Under the pieces are notes generated by a model, which saw only the letters and a list, made by a program, of their open reading frames with translations, was not told where the DNA came from and did not search any database. The translations under genes and the position numbers were made by a program. From Hyaloraphidium curvatum SAG 235-1 (taxonomy: Eukaryota; Fungi; Monoblepharomycota), in assembly GCA_025558095.1 (NCBI GenBank), contig JAIVFI010000001.1, positions 1,302,001-1,366,000 on the forward strand: a stretch of 64,000 nt of DNA. The letters run 5' to 3'. Shown here piece after piece: positions 10,512 through 24,941 of the stretch. Within the stretch, counting starts at the first letter, position 1. Every line of letters starts with the position of its first letter.

Positions 10512-12217
10512 TCAGAGCGGCAGCTGGAAGTTGACAGACACGCCCGATTGCCGCGCCAGGCGCACGATCGAGGCCAGCGACACGGCCTGCTTGGCGGCCT
10601 CGTCGAGGTCGTCGATGGCAAACATACGCAGGCCCGACTGGGAGATGAGCGCCTTGCCGGTCTCGACCTCGGTGCCTGAACATCAAAGGCTGGTCAGAAC
10701 ACAGCAATGGATGGGTCCGCAAGCGGTCAACGCACCCTGAAGACGGACGACGAGCGGGATCCGCAGGCCGAGCTGGTTCACGGCCGCGATGATGCCCTGC
10801 GCAATGACGTCGCACCGCATGATACCTCCGAAGATGTTGACCAGGATGGCCGAGACGTTGGGGTCCGACGAGATGATCTTGAACGCCTCGGTGACCTGCT
10901 CCGACGAGGCGCCGCCGCCGACGTCGAGAAAGTTGGCCGGGTCCCCGCCGTGCAGCTTGATGATGTCCATCGTCGCCATGGCCAGGCCGGCGCCGTTGAC
11001 GAGGCAGCCGATGTTGCCGTCCAGGCCGATGTAGTTGAGGTTCCACTTGTGCGCGGCCACCTCGCGGGGGTCCTCCTGCGAAAAGTCGCGCATGGCAAAG
11101 ATGTCCTTCTGGCGGAAGTCGGCGTTGTCGTCAAAGTTGAACTTGGCGTCCATGCACACGACTGCGCGCGCAGCGCGAGGGCGAGGGCAGCGGAAGGGGC
11201 AAGCACGGCAGTCAGAACCCCGACCGAAACCGACTCCGGAAGCACGCACCATCTCCGGTCGACACCTCCGACAGCGGGTTGATCTCCACCATGGTCGCGT
11301 CCTTCTCGTTGAAGATCTTGAACAGCTTCATGAAGGTGTCGGCGGCCTGGTCCTTGGCCTTGGGGTTGAAACCCATCTTCTCGGCCACCTCAAGCGCGGC
11401 CTCCTTGGTCAGGCCGGTCTTGAGGGGGATGGAGCGGGTGATGATGGCGTCGGGGTTCTCGGCCGCGACGCCCTCGATGTCCACGCCGCCCTGGGACGAG
11501 GCGATGATCACGGGGCCCTGGGTCACGCGGTCCAGGAGGATGGCGAAGTAGTACTCGCGGCGCGCAAAGAGGCGCTCCACGATGTAGACCTGGAATCGCA
11601 AAACGCGGGGAATCGTCAGTGGAAGGCTCAGAGGGCAGACAGCCGGTCGGAAACCCACGGCGTTGCAGATGCGGCCCCCGGCGCCGGTCTGCTTGGTGAT
11701 GAGCTTGTGGCCCAGCATCTTCTCCGAGAACATCTTGACCTCCATCGGCCTGCAGGGGCGCCCGAATTGAGACAACCCGGTCCAGCACGTTGCCGAAACC
11801 CGGAACGCACGAGTAGACGATCCGCACGCCGCCCTTCAGCCCCGAGTCAAAGACACCCTTCCCACGGCCGCCGGCGAGCACCTGCAACCGCGATGCCGTA
11901 AGATTTCCGCGCGGAACGCCTCCGAGCACCGAGCAGCCCACCTGGGCCTTGATGACCATGTCCTCCGTCGCCAGCTTCTGCGCAGCGTCGTAGGCCTCCT
12001 GCGGCGTCTTTGCCACGAAGCCGCGCGGCGTCTTGACGCCGTACTTCTGCAGCAGCCCCATCGAGTTGTACTCGTGGATGGAGAGGTGGCGCTTCTGCAT
12101 CTGCGCGGCGGGGCGGGCGAGGCCGGCGGCCTGGGGAGGGACACGTCAGCGATGTCTTCAATTTACTGGTGCGGCAGTTCGCACCCGGGGGACCGCGGCG
12201 CGGGCGGCGGCGAACAT
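10512..12217 (-). CDS. LSC2: Succinyl-CoA ligase beta subunit, mitochondrial; multi-exon
   Basis: [66 protein letters not shown]; arginine/alanine-rich presequence. Confidence 0.95.
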
Positions 12218-12537
12218 GGCGCTGGGAGGTGCGCGGTGGCGGCGGGGTTCCGGGGGGCAGACGGGACGCCGGGAGGGCGTAGCCGGTCGCGGAACGTCAG
12301 GAGATGCCGCGGAACGCGGGATGGCGCGCTCCGCACCAGGGAATCGGGAAGGGAGAGGGGACTGACGCGAGGCTTCGGAAGGGCCGGGTGAGATCGCGAC
12401 CCGGTCGTCCCTAGCGATTCTGGTAGGAACGGGACGGTGATAGGCGAAAACAACAACGACCCCAAGGACACGGGGATCTCTCGAAACAGCCATTCCTGCC
12501 CTCTGAGCCCGGTTTCCGCGGTCCCTGCCCCTCCAGA

Positions 12538-13716
<1,179 letters not shown>

Positions 13717-14135
13717 TAGAAGGCGTGACTATGCCATTTCTTATTGAATCATGGACGTTTCAACCTGCTTTCTCTTCCCTGATCGCTCATCCGCGAGCAG
13801 TGTCGTCCCCGTCGGCGCTCTGATCGCCAGATCAGCGTCTTTTCCGTGGCCGCGCGGGACCCACCCACCGGCTTCGGAAACCTGTTGTCCGGTCCGAGCT
13901 GTTCGGGAGCTTTGACAGCCACTATCTCGGGCATTTCCGCGCGGGCGGCGAGCTCCGACGGGTTGGGAACCTGCGCCTGCGGGAGCGAGGGCTGCGCGAC
14001 GGCTTGGGGGGGCTGCGGCGGAGGGGGGTTGTGCGGGGGGGCGGTGGGCTGCGGGGGACGTGAAGGGACGTGAGGGAACGCGAGGGAAGGAGGAGGGAGA
14101 GGGACCTGCTGCGTGCTCGAGTGAATCGTCGACAT

Positions 14136-14246
14136 CCTTTCGGCCTTTCGGGCGTTGAGTTGAGGATGAGTTGGCGTTGACCTTTCGGCCTTTCGGGCGT
14201 TGAAGGTTGAGGAATGCGTTGGCGTTGACGATGAGTTGGCGTTGAC
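14136..14246. repeat. Imperfect ~45-bp tandem repeat (2 full copies plus a partial)
   Basis: cctttcggcctttcgggcgttga...gttggcgttga twice, followed by a further gatgagttggcgttgac. Confidence 0.7.
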
Positions 14247-14467
14247 GCCATCACGACCCGACCGCCCCAACCCCGTCACCTGCACGAGGGGAAATTGATG
14301 AAGAAAAATCGCAGTTTCGTTGACAAAAACACGAATCAGCAGCAATCAGAAAGCAGAGAGCTTGCTCTGAAGAGTGCGGAGGGCGTCGACGGCGACAAGA
14401 AGCGCGGCATCGCAAGCGGAGGCGATCACTTGCGTTCTTTCACGGACTCCGTTTCGCGTCCCGGCCA

Positions 14468-17400
14468 TGGATCCCGACGCGGCTGCGTCGCCTCGGAATC
14501 CCCGCGGCTCGGCGTCGGGCGTGGCGGTCACGGCGGGGTCGGCGACGACCGCCACGCGGCGGCACTCGCGGCTGCCCGTCGCGGCCCCCGCGCCGCCCGC
14601 GCCGTCCCCCGCGAAGCCGCCGCCGCCGAAGCGCACCGCCGCGTCGCCGCCCGAAACGCCGTCGCGCGCGTCGTCGGCCGCGTCGGTCGGCCGCCCGCCG
14701 GTCGCGCTCTCTCCCAGAATCACACAGCCCACTGCCGCATCGCTGGGGAAGGTGGTGCCCAAACCGGCAAATGCGCACGTCTCTAGGCCGAGGGGGTCGA
14801 GCAATATCCGTGCCGCGTCGAGGGAGTCGCGGGAGGCCCGCAGCGAGCGCGGCAGCGGGGACGGGTCGCCGGAGGACTCGCACTTTTCGCCGGACTCGCA
14901 GTCCGCGGAGCTAGACGCCCTCAGGGCCAGGATTGATTTTCTGGAGGACGAGGTGGGCATTTCTTGCCGTGCTTCGGTATATCTGGACTGCTCTGACGCG
15001 TTCTCGTGCCGATTCAAGAACCGGCGCCTTTCCAACTCCCTCGCGGCAAGGCCGGAACCGCAGCCCGCCCAGCAACCGGCCCCGCAGAACGAGCTTCTGG
15101 CCTCCAAGGACGCCGAACTGTCGTCCCTGCGCTCGCAGCTCGCCGTGAGTCCCCCCCACGCCCTCAATGTCGCCTCCAAGCTGACCATATCCCCCAATCT
15201 CTTAGTCCGCCCTGGCCCGCGCCAACCTCCTCGAAGCCACCGGCACCGAGTCCGAATCCGTCTACAACGAGGCCATCGAGCGCCTATCCGCGCAGCTGGC
15301 GGCATCGAAGCGCGAGGCGGCCGAGGCGCATGGCCGTGCGCGGGACGAGGCGGAGCGGGCCGTTGCGGAGGCGAGGAAGGAGGCGGAAGAGGCGCGGAAA
15401 GTGGCGGAGGAAGCGCTGGACGAGGCGGAGAGGCTGAGGAAGGGGGGTGAGGAGGCCGGGAAGGATGCGGCGGGGCTGGGGGAGGAGGTGGCGAGGCTCA
15501 CGAGGGAGTTGGAGAGGCTCAAGGCCGAGGCGGGCGAGGCGGAGGGCTTAAGGAAGGAGCTGGAGGAGGTGGGCAATCTGAAGAAGGAGCTCGAGGTGGG
15601 TTCGAGGCTGGCACTGTCAGACATCTGTTGTCTGACATAATGGTCACATGCGCTGAACCCACAGTTCAAGACCTCGCACATCGCCGAGCTCGAATCTGCC
15701 CTCGACGCCGCTGCCTCGGAGCGCGACTCTCTCTCCTCCTCGCACGCCTCGCGCCTCGCCGCCGCCGAATCCGACCTCCGCACCGCGCGCGAGCACGCGG
15801 CCGAGGTCGAGGCACGGCTGATCGAGGCGCAGCGCGCCGCGGCGGCGCACAAACGCGCGGCGGAGGAGCGTGGGGAGGCGGCAAAGGCCGCAGAAGCGCG
15901 CGAGGGGGAGGCGGAGGAGCTCCGGAGGAAGTTGGAGGCGGCCGAGCGGAGGAGAGAGGAGGCCGAGGAGAGGGCCGAGCGCGCGGCGGGCGACGGCGAG
16001 GCGCTGCAGCAGGTGCTCGCCCTGCGGGAGGAGGTGGACACGTACAGGCGGTACCTCGCCGCGGCCGAGGAGCGGTGTGCGGAGCTCGAGGCGCGGCTCC
16101 CCGACGACGACGCGGACGACCTTTCGGCGGAGCTGCGCCGCCGCGCCGAAGCCGCCGAGGCGGACGCCCGCGCGGGCTCGCTGCGCGCCGCCGAGCTCGA
16201 AGGGCAGCTCGCCGCCGCGCGGGGCGACGCCCGCAAGGTCAATGAAGACCTGGCGCGCTACGTTGCCGAGCTGCAGGGTGCCAACGCCAACCTCGCTCTT
16301 TTGGAGGGCGAGGTGGGCCGCCTGCGGGCTGCGGCGGAGGGGTGGAGGGGCGAGATGGAGGCGCTCCGGACCGGGGGCGAAGCGGCGGAAGAGAGGGCGC
16401 GGGCGGCGGGCGAGGCCAAGGCGCGTGCCGAGGCCGAGGTGGAGGGGGCGAGGAGGGAGAAGGAGTTGCTGGAGCGGCGGATGGCCGAGGCCGAGGCAGC
16501 GAGGGACACACTTGCGCAGGACGTGAGGGCGAGGGAGGCCCAGGCGGTGCAAGACAGGGACGCGGCCGAGGCCGAGCTTGCCGCGCTCAGGCGGGCGGTG
16601 CAGGACGCCGAGGCGGGCGCGATGGCCAGGCTGGCGGCGGCCGAGTCGTTGCTGGCGGAGCGCGAGGCGGCCGCCGGGCGGGACGCGGACGCGCGCGCCG
16701 ATGCGGAGCGAGACCTTGCGTCGGCGAAGGAGGCGCTGGCCGCCGCGGCCGCTGAGGCGGACGAGCTGCGGGACCGCAACAGGAAGCTGGTCAAGGACCT
16801 CGAGACCGCCATGCGGGACGGCAAGGAGCGCGCGGCGGACGTGGAAGCTGAGCTGGAAAAGGCCAGGCAGGAGGCGGACGAGCTGCGCGACGCGGGCGAG
16901 GAGGCGGCGACGCTGCGCGGACGGATCGAGGAGCTCGAACGGCTCCTCGACGAAGCCCGGACCACCCATGCCAGCGGCGCGTCAGATGCATCTGCGCTGC
17001 GCGCAAAGCTCGAAGAGGCGGAGCGCGCGCTCAAGGAGGCCGAGGAGGCCAAGGACGCCGAGGTGGAGGCGGTGGTCCGCGACGCCGAGGAACGGACGGC
17101 CGCGCTGCGGGCCGAGCTGGAGGCCGCAAAGGGGGTTGAGAGCGCTGCGGACGGCGAGGCGGCCGACCTGCGTGCTCGGATCGCGGAGCTCGAGGCGGCG
17201 CTCGACGAGGCCCGACGAGGTGCCGGCGACGCGGACGGTTCGGCAGCTGCGCTGCAGCGAGAGCTTGAGTCCGCGCGTGGGGTCTACAAGGACCTCGAGC
17301 TCGAGGTGGACAAGGGCAAGCTCCTCGAGCGCGACCTGCAGGAGGCGCAGCAGCGCGTTTCGGACCTGGAGATCGAGCTGGACCTTCTGCGGCAGCAGGC

Positions 17401-19656
17401 TGCGGACCAGCGTGGCGGAACCGAGAAGGTGGACATGCTGATGCGGGAGCTCGCCGAGTCGCAGCGGGTTGCGGACGAGCTGCGCGCGGAGCTCGAGGCC
17501 GCGCGGCGCGCGATCATCGATCTCGAGAGCGAGTCGGCGAGGGCCAAGCTGCTCGAGGACGACTTGGAGGACGCCAAGAAGGAGGCGACCGTTCTGCAGC
17601 AGGACCTCGACCGGCTCAAAGAGACGATCGGGGAAGTGGAAAGCGATGCGGCCAGGCTACAGAACGAGCTTGCCACAGCTCGGCAGGAGAACGCGGACCT
17701 GCACAGCGCGATTGGCGACGTGGAGGTCGAGGCTGACAAGGTGCGGCTGCTGCAGCACCAGCTGGAGGTGGCGCGTCAGGACGCCGCGGACCTGCGCGCA
17801 TCCTTGGGCGATCTTGAGGAGGCTTCGGACCGCGCCAAGTACCTGCAGAATGAGCTTGACGAGGCTCGCAAGGACGCTGCAGACCTGCGCCGGGCGTTGG
17901 GAGACCTTGAGCATCAGCGGGACCGCGTCCGACACCTCGAAGAGGAGCTGCAGCAGCGCAAGACCCTGATGGCCGAGCTCCAGAGCGCGCTGGACGACGC
18001 CAGGCTGGGCGTGGGCGACCTCGAAAAGGAGACGGACAAGGCCAAGCTCCTGCGCAGGGAGCTGGACGACGCGCGGGCGCGCACACGCGAGCTCGAGGAC
18101 TTGGTCGACCAGGTCCGACGGGAAAAGGAGGAGCTAGAGGATCGCGCCGGCCGCGCCGAGACGGACTTTGCCAGGCGGCTGGCGGACGCGGAAGAGCAAG
18201 AATCGAAGCTGCTCAAGGATTTGAGCGACCTTGAAAGCGTTTCGCGCTCCGAAATCGAGCGACTTAAGAGCACGGTGGAGGGTCTCGAGCAGCAGGTTGC
18301 TGCCAGCGAGGAGACGCGGGCTTCATCCGCGGCCGCGCTGAAGGAGCAGCTCGAGGCCGCGCGGACGCAAGTCCAGGAGCTCCAGGAGCGCAACTCGACT
18401 TTGGAGCGCCTGGCCGACGACGCGCGCCGGAACGAGCAGGAGCTCGAGGCTGCGCAGGACCACATCCGCTCCCTCGAGTCGCACATCGCCGTGCTCGAGC
18501 GCAAGTCCGAAACCCTGATGCACGATGCCGACCTCGCCTCGCGGGTGCTCACGCCCGAAAGCGTGGTCGAAAATCCAGTCTTTGCCGCGCTGCAGGAGGA
18601 GCTCGAGGTCGCGCGGTCGGAGCTGGTCGAGGCCGAGCAGCGGTTCGAGGCGCAGGGCAACCAGCTGCGCGTCGAGATCGAGACGCTGAAGCTGCAGAAT
18701 TCGGTGCTCAAGGACCGGTTGGTGGAGCTCGAATCGTCCGCTGGCGCTTCCGTCGCTGCACCAGCGGCGGACGAGGGGCTGGCCGCTGAAGTGGACCGCC
18801 TCAAACGCGAGCGGGATGGCCTCGCCAAAGAGCTCGAGATCGCCGCCTCGAGGCCGGACCCCGCAGAATTGGAGGGTCTGACATCCAAGCTTGCTCATGC
18901 GCAGCGGAACGTGGCCGATCTGGAGGAACGGCTGCGGCTCGTCGAGACCGCACGGGAGCGGGCCGACGACGCCGCCCGAGAGCGCGCAGACGCGGACGGG
19001 GACTCGATCGGGCAGCTCAAAGAGCAGCTGGAATCGCTCACGGAGCGCAACGCGGAGCTCGAGGACGAGCTGTCGAAGCTGCAGGAGGACGCGGAGCTCG
19101 TGTTGCAGGAGCGCGACGAGCTCGTCCAGCGGCTCGCGGACGCGCAGGGCTCCATGCGGCACGCCGCGTCGGGCGACACCCTGGTGCCGCCGGGGCAGAC
19201 CGACATCGAGTCGCTCAAGGCCCGCGTCGCGGAGCTGGAAGCCTACGCGGATGAACTCGCCGAGCTCCGGGACGAGGTGGCCAGGCTCGAGAACGAGAAC
19301 GCGGCGCTCAAGGTGCAGATCGAGGCGGCGAGCAACCCCGAGGCGAGCGCGGACATTGTTCGCGACCTGCTGGAGCAGGTGCAGGCGCTCGAGGAGAAGA
19401 CGGCCGAGCTCGAGGCGGACAACGCGTCCATCCGGACCAAGATGGAGCTCGTCAAGCCGCAGGTGGCCAAGATCTACCAGGAGAACCAGGAGCGCGCGGC
19501 AGAGATCGCGGAGCTGAGGCAAGAACTCGAGGCAGTGGCCGAGGAGGTGAGCACGTCGCCCTTTGGCAGCGAACTCTGCTAACACCATTGTCGACGCAGA
19601 ACGAAAAGATGAGGCAGACTCTGGCGGATCTGGGGCATTCCGTGGAGACTTTCTGA
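14468..19656 (+). CDS. Very long coiled-coil protein (myosin-tail-like composition) with Pro/Ser-rich N-terminus; multi-exon
   Basis: 1216-aa E/A/R/L heptad-rich ORF at 15932-19582 plus upstream exons. Last intron GTGAGC(19547)..CGCAG, then NEKMRQTLADLGHSVETF*. Confidence 0.8.
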
Positions 19657-19763
19657 GCAGCATAGGCGGGCGAGACTATACCAAGGCGGACTACTACCAC
19701 GCAATCTTTGTAATTTTGCCAGAGATGAGATTCCATGGCCGAGCATCAATCAGATCCGAGCAA

Positions 19764-21223
19764 TCAGTCGAAAGGCATGGGCCTGTTGGCCGTGCTGGAA
19801 ACGAACCGCGGCATCGGCATGGGTCCGGCGTCGGGGTTCCTCGGCTTGCGAGCGAGGTAGCCCGTCTCTGCCACCTTCCCCCTCGGGCCGTCCACCGGGC
19901 TAACCGCCCCCCCCGCCGCCCCCTGCATCCACGGCCCCGCGACCCCGCCGCCCGCCTCCCTCTCCCTCTCCCTCGCCGCCGCCAGCCCCGCCGCGGCGCT
20001 CGGCACCCGCATGTTGCAGCACTCGGGCGCCTCCTGCCCCATGGCGTGCACGTGCGCGTGGCCGCAGTCCCCATCGAACCGCGCCAGGAGCGCCGGCTCG
20101 CCCGCCGCGCTCGAGGGCGAGTCGAACGGCAGCGCGGCGCCGAAGAGGAGGTGCTGCACGATCGGGAGCTTGCCGAGCACCTCGGCGGCGTACATCCTCG
20201 CCAGGCCCTCGGAGACCTTGCGCCAGTTGGGCACGCCGGAGATGTCGTCGAGCAGGGGCGAGTGCCACCGCAGGCTCGGCGCGCCGATCTTGGTCGCGTT
20301 GGCGTGGCGGACCATGTCCAGGTAGAGGTACGCGCGCGAGAAGCCGTCCAGGATCTCGGCCGAGTGGATCGATTTCGGGCGGATGCGCGGGTGGTCCGAG
20401 AGCTGCGAGGCGCCGAAGAGGAAGGGGAGGAAGTGGTAGTCGTCCAGGCCCCAGACGCCGTGCGAGCCGGCGGGCTCGAGCCAGTAGACGGATTGGAGCG
20501 AGCGCATCAGGAGCACGTAGCGCCGGAAAACGAGCAGAACGAGCTGGGCGCCGTATTGCCGGGCATCCACGAAGCCGGACGCATGGAGGCAGTAGCTGGA
20601 AGGAGGTGAAATGTTAGACGAGAGAGTTTCTGCGCATGGCCAGAAAACGCTCACAGGAAAAGGAGGAAGTGCAGCTCGTGCCCCGTTCCGTAGTCGATCC
20701 TCTGAATGTTGCCGAAACTGTTTTCGAGGTACTCCGCAGCCTCGTCGGCGAGTCGGCCGGCCGGGACACCCAGGGAGCGAACCAGCTCGGGGGCCCGTTC
20801 CCGCACCCTGCCCAGCCAGCCGCGGAAGCTCGGGTTCCCGAACCTGCTCTGCCCGCCTGTCTCCGGCGCAAAGTCCGCCATCCACGCGTCGAGCAGGTCC
20901 AGCATGTCGAGCAGCGCACGGACCGGGGCTGCGCACTCCTCGACTTCCACATCGGAAACGGCGCAGTTGCGCACCGACTCGGCGAGCAGCTCGACGAAAC
21001 TGAGAATGGAGGCGTGCGCAGGCGAGGACTGGAACGCGTCGAGGTCGTCGCGCGTGAGGATCCGGCGCGAGAGCGCGGCCGGCCGCGGCGACGACGAGGC
21101 GTGCGCGGGGTTCTCCCCGCCGTGCGCCTCCGCGGGCCCGCCTTTCGCGCCCGCTCCGACGCTGAGATCGTCGAACCGCGTTGCGAGCGCGTCGCCGTTG
21201 GCGGCTGCCACGTCGGACGTCAT
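19764..21223 (-). CDS. Protein phosphatase 2A activator PTPA (Rrd1/Rrd2 family); 2 exons
   Basis: SRFGNPSFRGW, SFGNIQRIDYGTGHELHF, YWLEPAGSHGVWGLDDYHFLPFLFG, EVLGKLPIVQH. Confidence 0.95.
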
Positions 21224-21294
21224 GGCTACACGCGAAACTGAACTCCTGTCTTCCGCGTTCTTCCTCTGAGAGGGGCTCGTGGGCGCGAACGAGT

Positions 21295-22476
21295 ATGTCT
21301 CGCAAACGCGACTCGCGCGGCCGTTTCGTCTCGTCCCGGCAAGTGAACGATGATTCCGAAGGCCTACGAGCCGAGATCGCCGCCCTGCGCGCGCAGCTGG
21401 CCGAGCGGGACGCGGAGCTCGCCAAGGAACGTGCCTCCCGCAAAGATGCTGAACGCGCCCTGGCCGATCTGAGGGCCCGCGTCCCGCTGCCTCGGCTGCC
21501 GACGGAAGTTTGGGAGCAAGTGTTCCAGCTCCTGAAGGGCGCATTGCGGGTCCGCAGCGCCGCCAAGCTCATGGCCACCTGCAAGGACCTTCTCCCAATC
21601 GGGAGACAGGTCATCTACCGGGGTCTCATCGTCGGCATGGACGTGGAACCTCGGAATATCACGTCCACCATGCCTCTGCACCTCGTCGGCAATCTTGATC
21701 TGCGGCACGCCAACGGGCTGCGAGGACTTACTGTTCTGGAGCTCGTCAATCGTTGCCGCAACATCCAGGCCCTCCACCTGCCCGGCGCGCTCCTTGCCGA
21801 TCACGGGCCGGACGATCTCTGCACTGCGCTTCTGGGTCTGCGCAAATTGAAGAGTCTGAACATTACCCATTTGCCCTGGAGGCTTCCCGGCCTACGTTTT
21901 CCATCGTCGCTTGAGGAACTTGACATTTCTCTGTCGTACGGCGCGTCCTCCGGATCCAGGCTCGCATGGCTCGTGGACGCCGTGGAGGCCGCGCCGGTGC
22001 TGCGTCGTTGGTCGGTGAAGACGTTCTGCCTCCCCGACTTTGCCGGTCACCCTCGCGCTGCGAGGACCTTGGACGAGGTCTGGTGGTACAACAAGAGCCT
22101 GGATGACCATCCAACTCTCGAGCCCTGGTCCATCTCCCTTGTCGCGCACTCTGGGCTCACCCTGAGGAAGGTGTACGCCGAGCGGTGGCACGATTTCCTG
22201 GCCGTTCCGTCCGTCGAAGCGGTGGAGATGGGACTGGCTGGTCGGGCCATGGGGCCCGGCGAAAGGTTCTGGGAGGTGGTCCTCCCGCCGCGGCTCAAGC
22301 TGCTCGAGTTTGCCAAGCTTTCCGTCGCCGGCCCGATCGACCGGGACGAAGTGCGGCTGTGGCTCGAGAAGAGGCCGGAGCTCCGCGTGCGCGTGCTCTT
22401 CACTTACGCGACCGATCTGTGGGGTTCGTTCGACCAGGTAGAACTTGTCGATGAATACGGCATTGGATTTGATTAG
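21295..22476 (+). CDS. Coiled-coil plus F-box-like/LRR-like protein, intronless
   Basis: PRLPTEVWEQVFQLL..LMATCK F-box-like segment, then LRR-like NIQALHL / KLKSLNI / SLEELDI. Confidence 0.65.
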   Translation: MSRKRDSRGRFVSSRQVNDDSEGLRAEIAALRAQLAERDAELAKERASRKDAERALADLRARVPLPRLPTEVWEQVFQLLKGALRVRSAAKLMATCKDLLPIGRQVIYRGLIVGMDVEPRNITSTMPLHLVGNLDLRHANGLRGLTVLELVNRCRNIQALHLPGALLADHGPDDLCTALLGLRKLKSLNITHLPWRLPGLRFPSSLEELDISLSYGASSGSRLAWLVDAVEAAPVLRRWSVKTFCLPDFAGHPRAARTLDEVWWYNKSLDDHPTLEPWSISLVAHSGLTLRKVYAERWHDFLAVPSVEAVEMGLAGRAMGPGERFWEVVLPPRLKLLEFAKLSVAGPIDRDEVRLWLEKRPELRVRVLFTYATDLWGSFDQVELVDEYGIGFD

Positions 22477-22503
22477 ATGCCGCGCCTACACGCGTCGCCC
22501 GCT

Positions 22504-24449
22504 TCATCCGGCTTTTGCCCGCCCCTCGATCGGCACTATCCCGCACGCGAACCTCTCCCCAAACACCTCCGCCTCCCCGTTCCCCCTTCCCCCCACGTAC
22601 GCCAGCACCACCTCTGCCTCCCCACCCCCCTTGACGAACCCCGCCAGCCCCTCCTTGGGCCGCCCGAACGCGAGCACCCACCGCGCAGGGAGAGGCTCCG
22701 GGATCCTCCACGCCTCGCCCGTGCGCGCGTCCCGGCCCGTCGGAAGCTCGAACGCCAGCACGGGGAAGGTGCGCAGCCGGAGGAGCTGGTGCGCGTGGCG
22801 GAGGGCCGAGACGGTGGGGTTGCGGCATGGGGAGGGGATGCTGTTGGGGGTTGGGGGATCCGTGGGGGAGGGGTGGTGCGGGCCGGCGAGGGCGTCTATG
22901 AGGAGGAGGGGTGGGTGGGTGGGGAGGTCGGAGGCGGTGGGGATGGGGGTGGGGAGGTGGTCGAGCTGGCTCGTAACGGCCTGGCAGGTGGTTTTCGGTC
23001 AGAACGACGAGATCCATCGCCGTGGACGACCGGGCAACGCACCTCGCAGAACGGACGGCTTTCCCGGGCAACGAAACAAGCCACCTCGGCCCCGAAATTG
23101 GCAAGGTGCCTCGCGCAAGCGAGCGCGAACGCCCCCGTCTCGTGATCCCCCGCCAGCACCAGCACCTCGGGCCCGCCGCCCGCGTCCCCGCCCTCTTTCC
23201 GGCGCTTGGCGCGCGTCTGCGACAGGAACGGCAGGCACAGGGTGGCCCCGCCGCGCCCGGCGTTCTCGGCCACGGAGGGCAGCGCGCCCGTCGCCCGCGA
23301 CACCTCCAGGAACGAAGTCCACTGCTCCGGCGAGTACGTGTCTACCGGCTTCCCTGTTGCCGTGGATTTGAAGTATGCCGGCGGCGAGTCCGTCGCGGGT
23401 GGCGCCGCTGGGACCTGCACCGCCGCTGGCGGGATCCCGTTCGGCGCCGCCGCCGCCGGTGCCGGCGCGGCCCGAGTCCCGCTACCAGGAACCACCGCCG
23501 CCGGTCCTCCCGCGCGCTCGTCGTCGGTCAGCACCATTTCGCGGATGCCGAGCTTGCGCTGGCCCTCAGGCAAACGGTTGTGCGCGACCAGGCGCTCCGA
23601 CTGCGGCGTCTTGTCCTCGGAGGCGATCTCGGCGAAGATGGCGGGTTTGTCGAATAGCGCCAGGGAGCGCTGGAAGTCGAATTCCTAATTCGGTGTAATG
23701 AGAAACGTTGGGAAATGAGTACGGGCGTCGTAACGGGGCGTGTCGGCCAACGACATACCTCGAGGTGGTACTTTCTAACCTCCTCGTCCTGCCAATTGCT
23801 CGGCTGGCCCATGTACTCCTTTTCCCGGTCCCGCTTCCGCCTCGACGAACCCGCGGCCGGCTGCGGCTGCGGCTGCGGCGGGACCTCCTTCCTCTCTCTC
23901 TCCTTCCGCTGCCCGCCGCGAGCTGGCGCGGCCACCAAATCGTTGTAGTCCACCTCCTCCTCGTCATTGTCCGCGTCCTGCGGCCGCGGAGTCTTTTCCT
24001 TCTCCTTCTCCTTGGGCTTCGCGGGTTCGCCCCGCTTTGCGCGCTCCTTTGCCGGCGCCGGCGGCGGGGGCGGCAGCGGCAGCCTGGGCGATCCCCTGCT
24101 CTGCGTCGGCGATGGCGCCGGCCTGGTCTGCGCCGCGGGGATCAGCAGCTGCGGCGGCAGCGCGGGGGCGACTGGGCCGGGAAGCGCCGGCAGGATCTGC
24201 AGGTCCGCGATGTCGCGCGCGGGCAGCACAAACGCCGGCAGCGACTGCGGCGGCACGGACGGCGCCGTCAGCGTGGCTGCAATTTCGAAATTATTCGGCT
24301 GCCGGCGCGTCCGGGGAACGGGAGTGCCCACCGTCCTTGAGCGTCATCGTCTGCGCCGCCTGCTGGATCTCGCTGACGACGCCCGTCACGACGAGTCCCG
24401 AGTGCAGCGTCACGCGGACGGGCAGCCCGAGGAATTCGGACGCCGCCAT
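22504..24449 (-). CDS. EDC3: Enhancer of mRNA decapping 3 (LSm + FDF + YjeF-N); multi-exon
   Basis: MAASEFLGLPVRVTL (LSm), EFDFQRSLALFDK (FDF), ENAGRG..VLVLAG..GAFALACARHLAN (YjeF-N). Confidence 0.85.
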
Positions 24450-24941
24450 CGCGTCTTCCGTTGGGGGAGGTGACGTAGGAGAAGGACGACTTTTCGGCTT
24501 CCTTGGCATGGAGTTGGCGCGGCCGAGTGGACGCGCGCACAAACAGACAGACGGCGGACCGAGGATGGTCGGATCGGAAACGAAAATCCGGGCGAGTTGG
24601 GCCGGGATTCGGACGAATGTGATCAAATGTGAGCTGGAGGCGTCGAATGATCGTGACCGTCACTCGAGAAAGGTGCGAGAGGACCGTATGGGTCCACAAA
24701 GCAGTGGATGGGACAAGCTTAGGGATGATGCAGAGATTGACGGTCCAAAAGTGCGCGCGGGGGTCCGTCCGAGGCCGTCCGCCCCGCCTCCAACGCACCT
24801 CCACGCGTCCCCGAGGCGGAAAACGGTGAGGCCACACACAGAGGAAGAGCTATGGTGACGCACAGATTTCCAAAAGAGCTCTCTGGCTATACCTCCGGGT
24901 CGTACGGCCGCGACAACGCGTCCCTCAGGGGCCAAAAGGGG

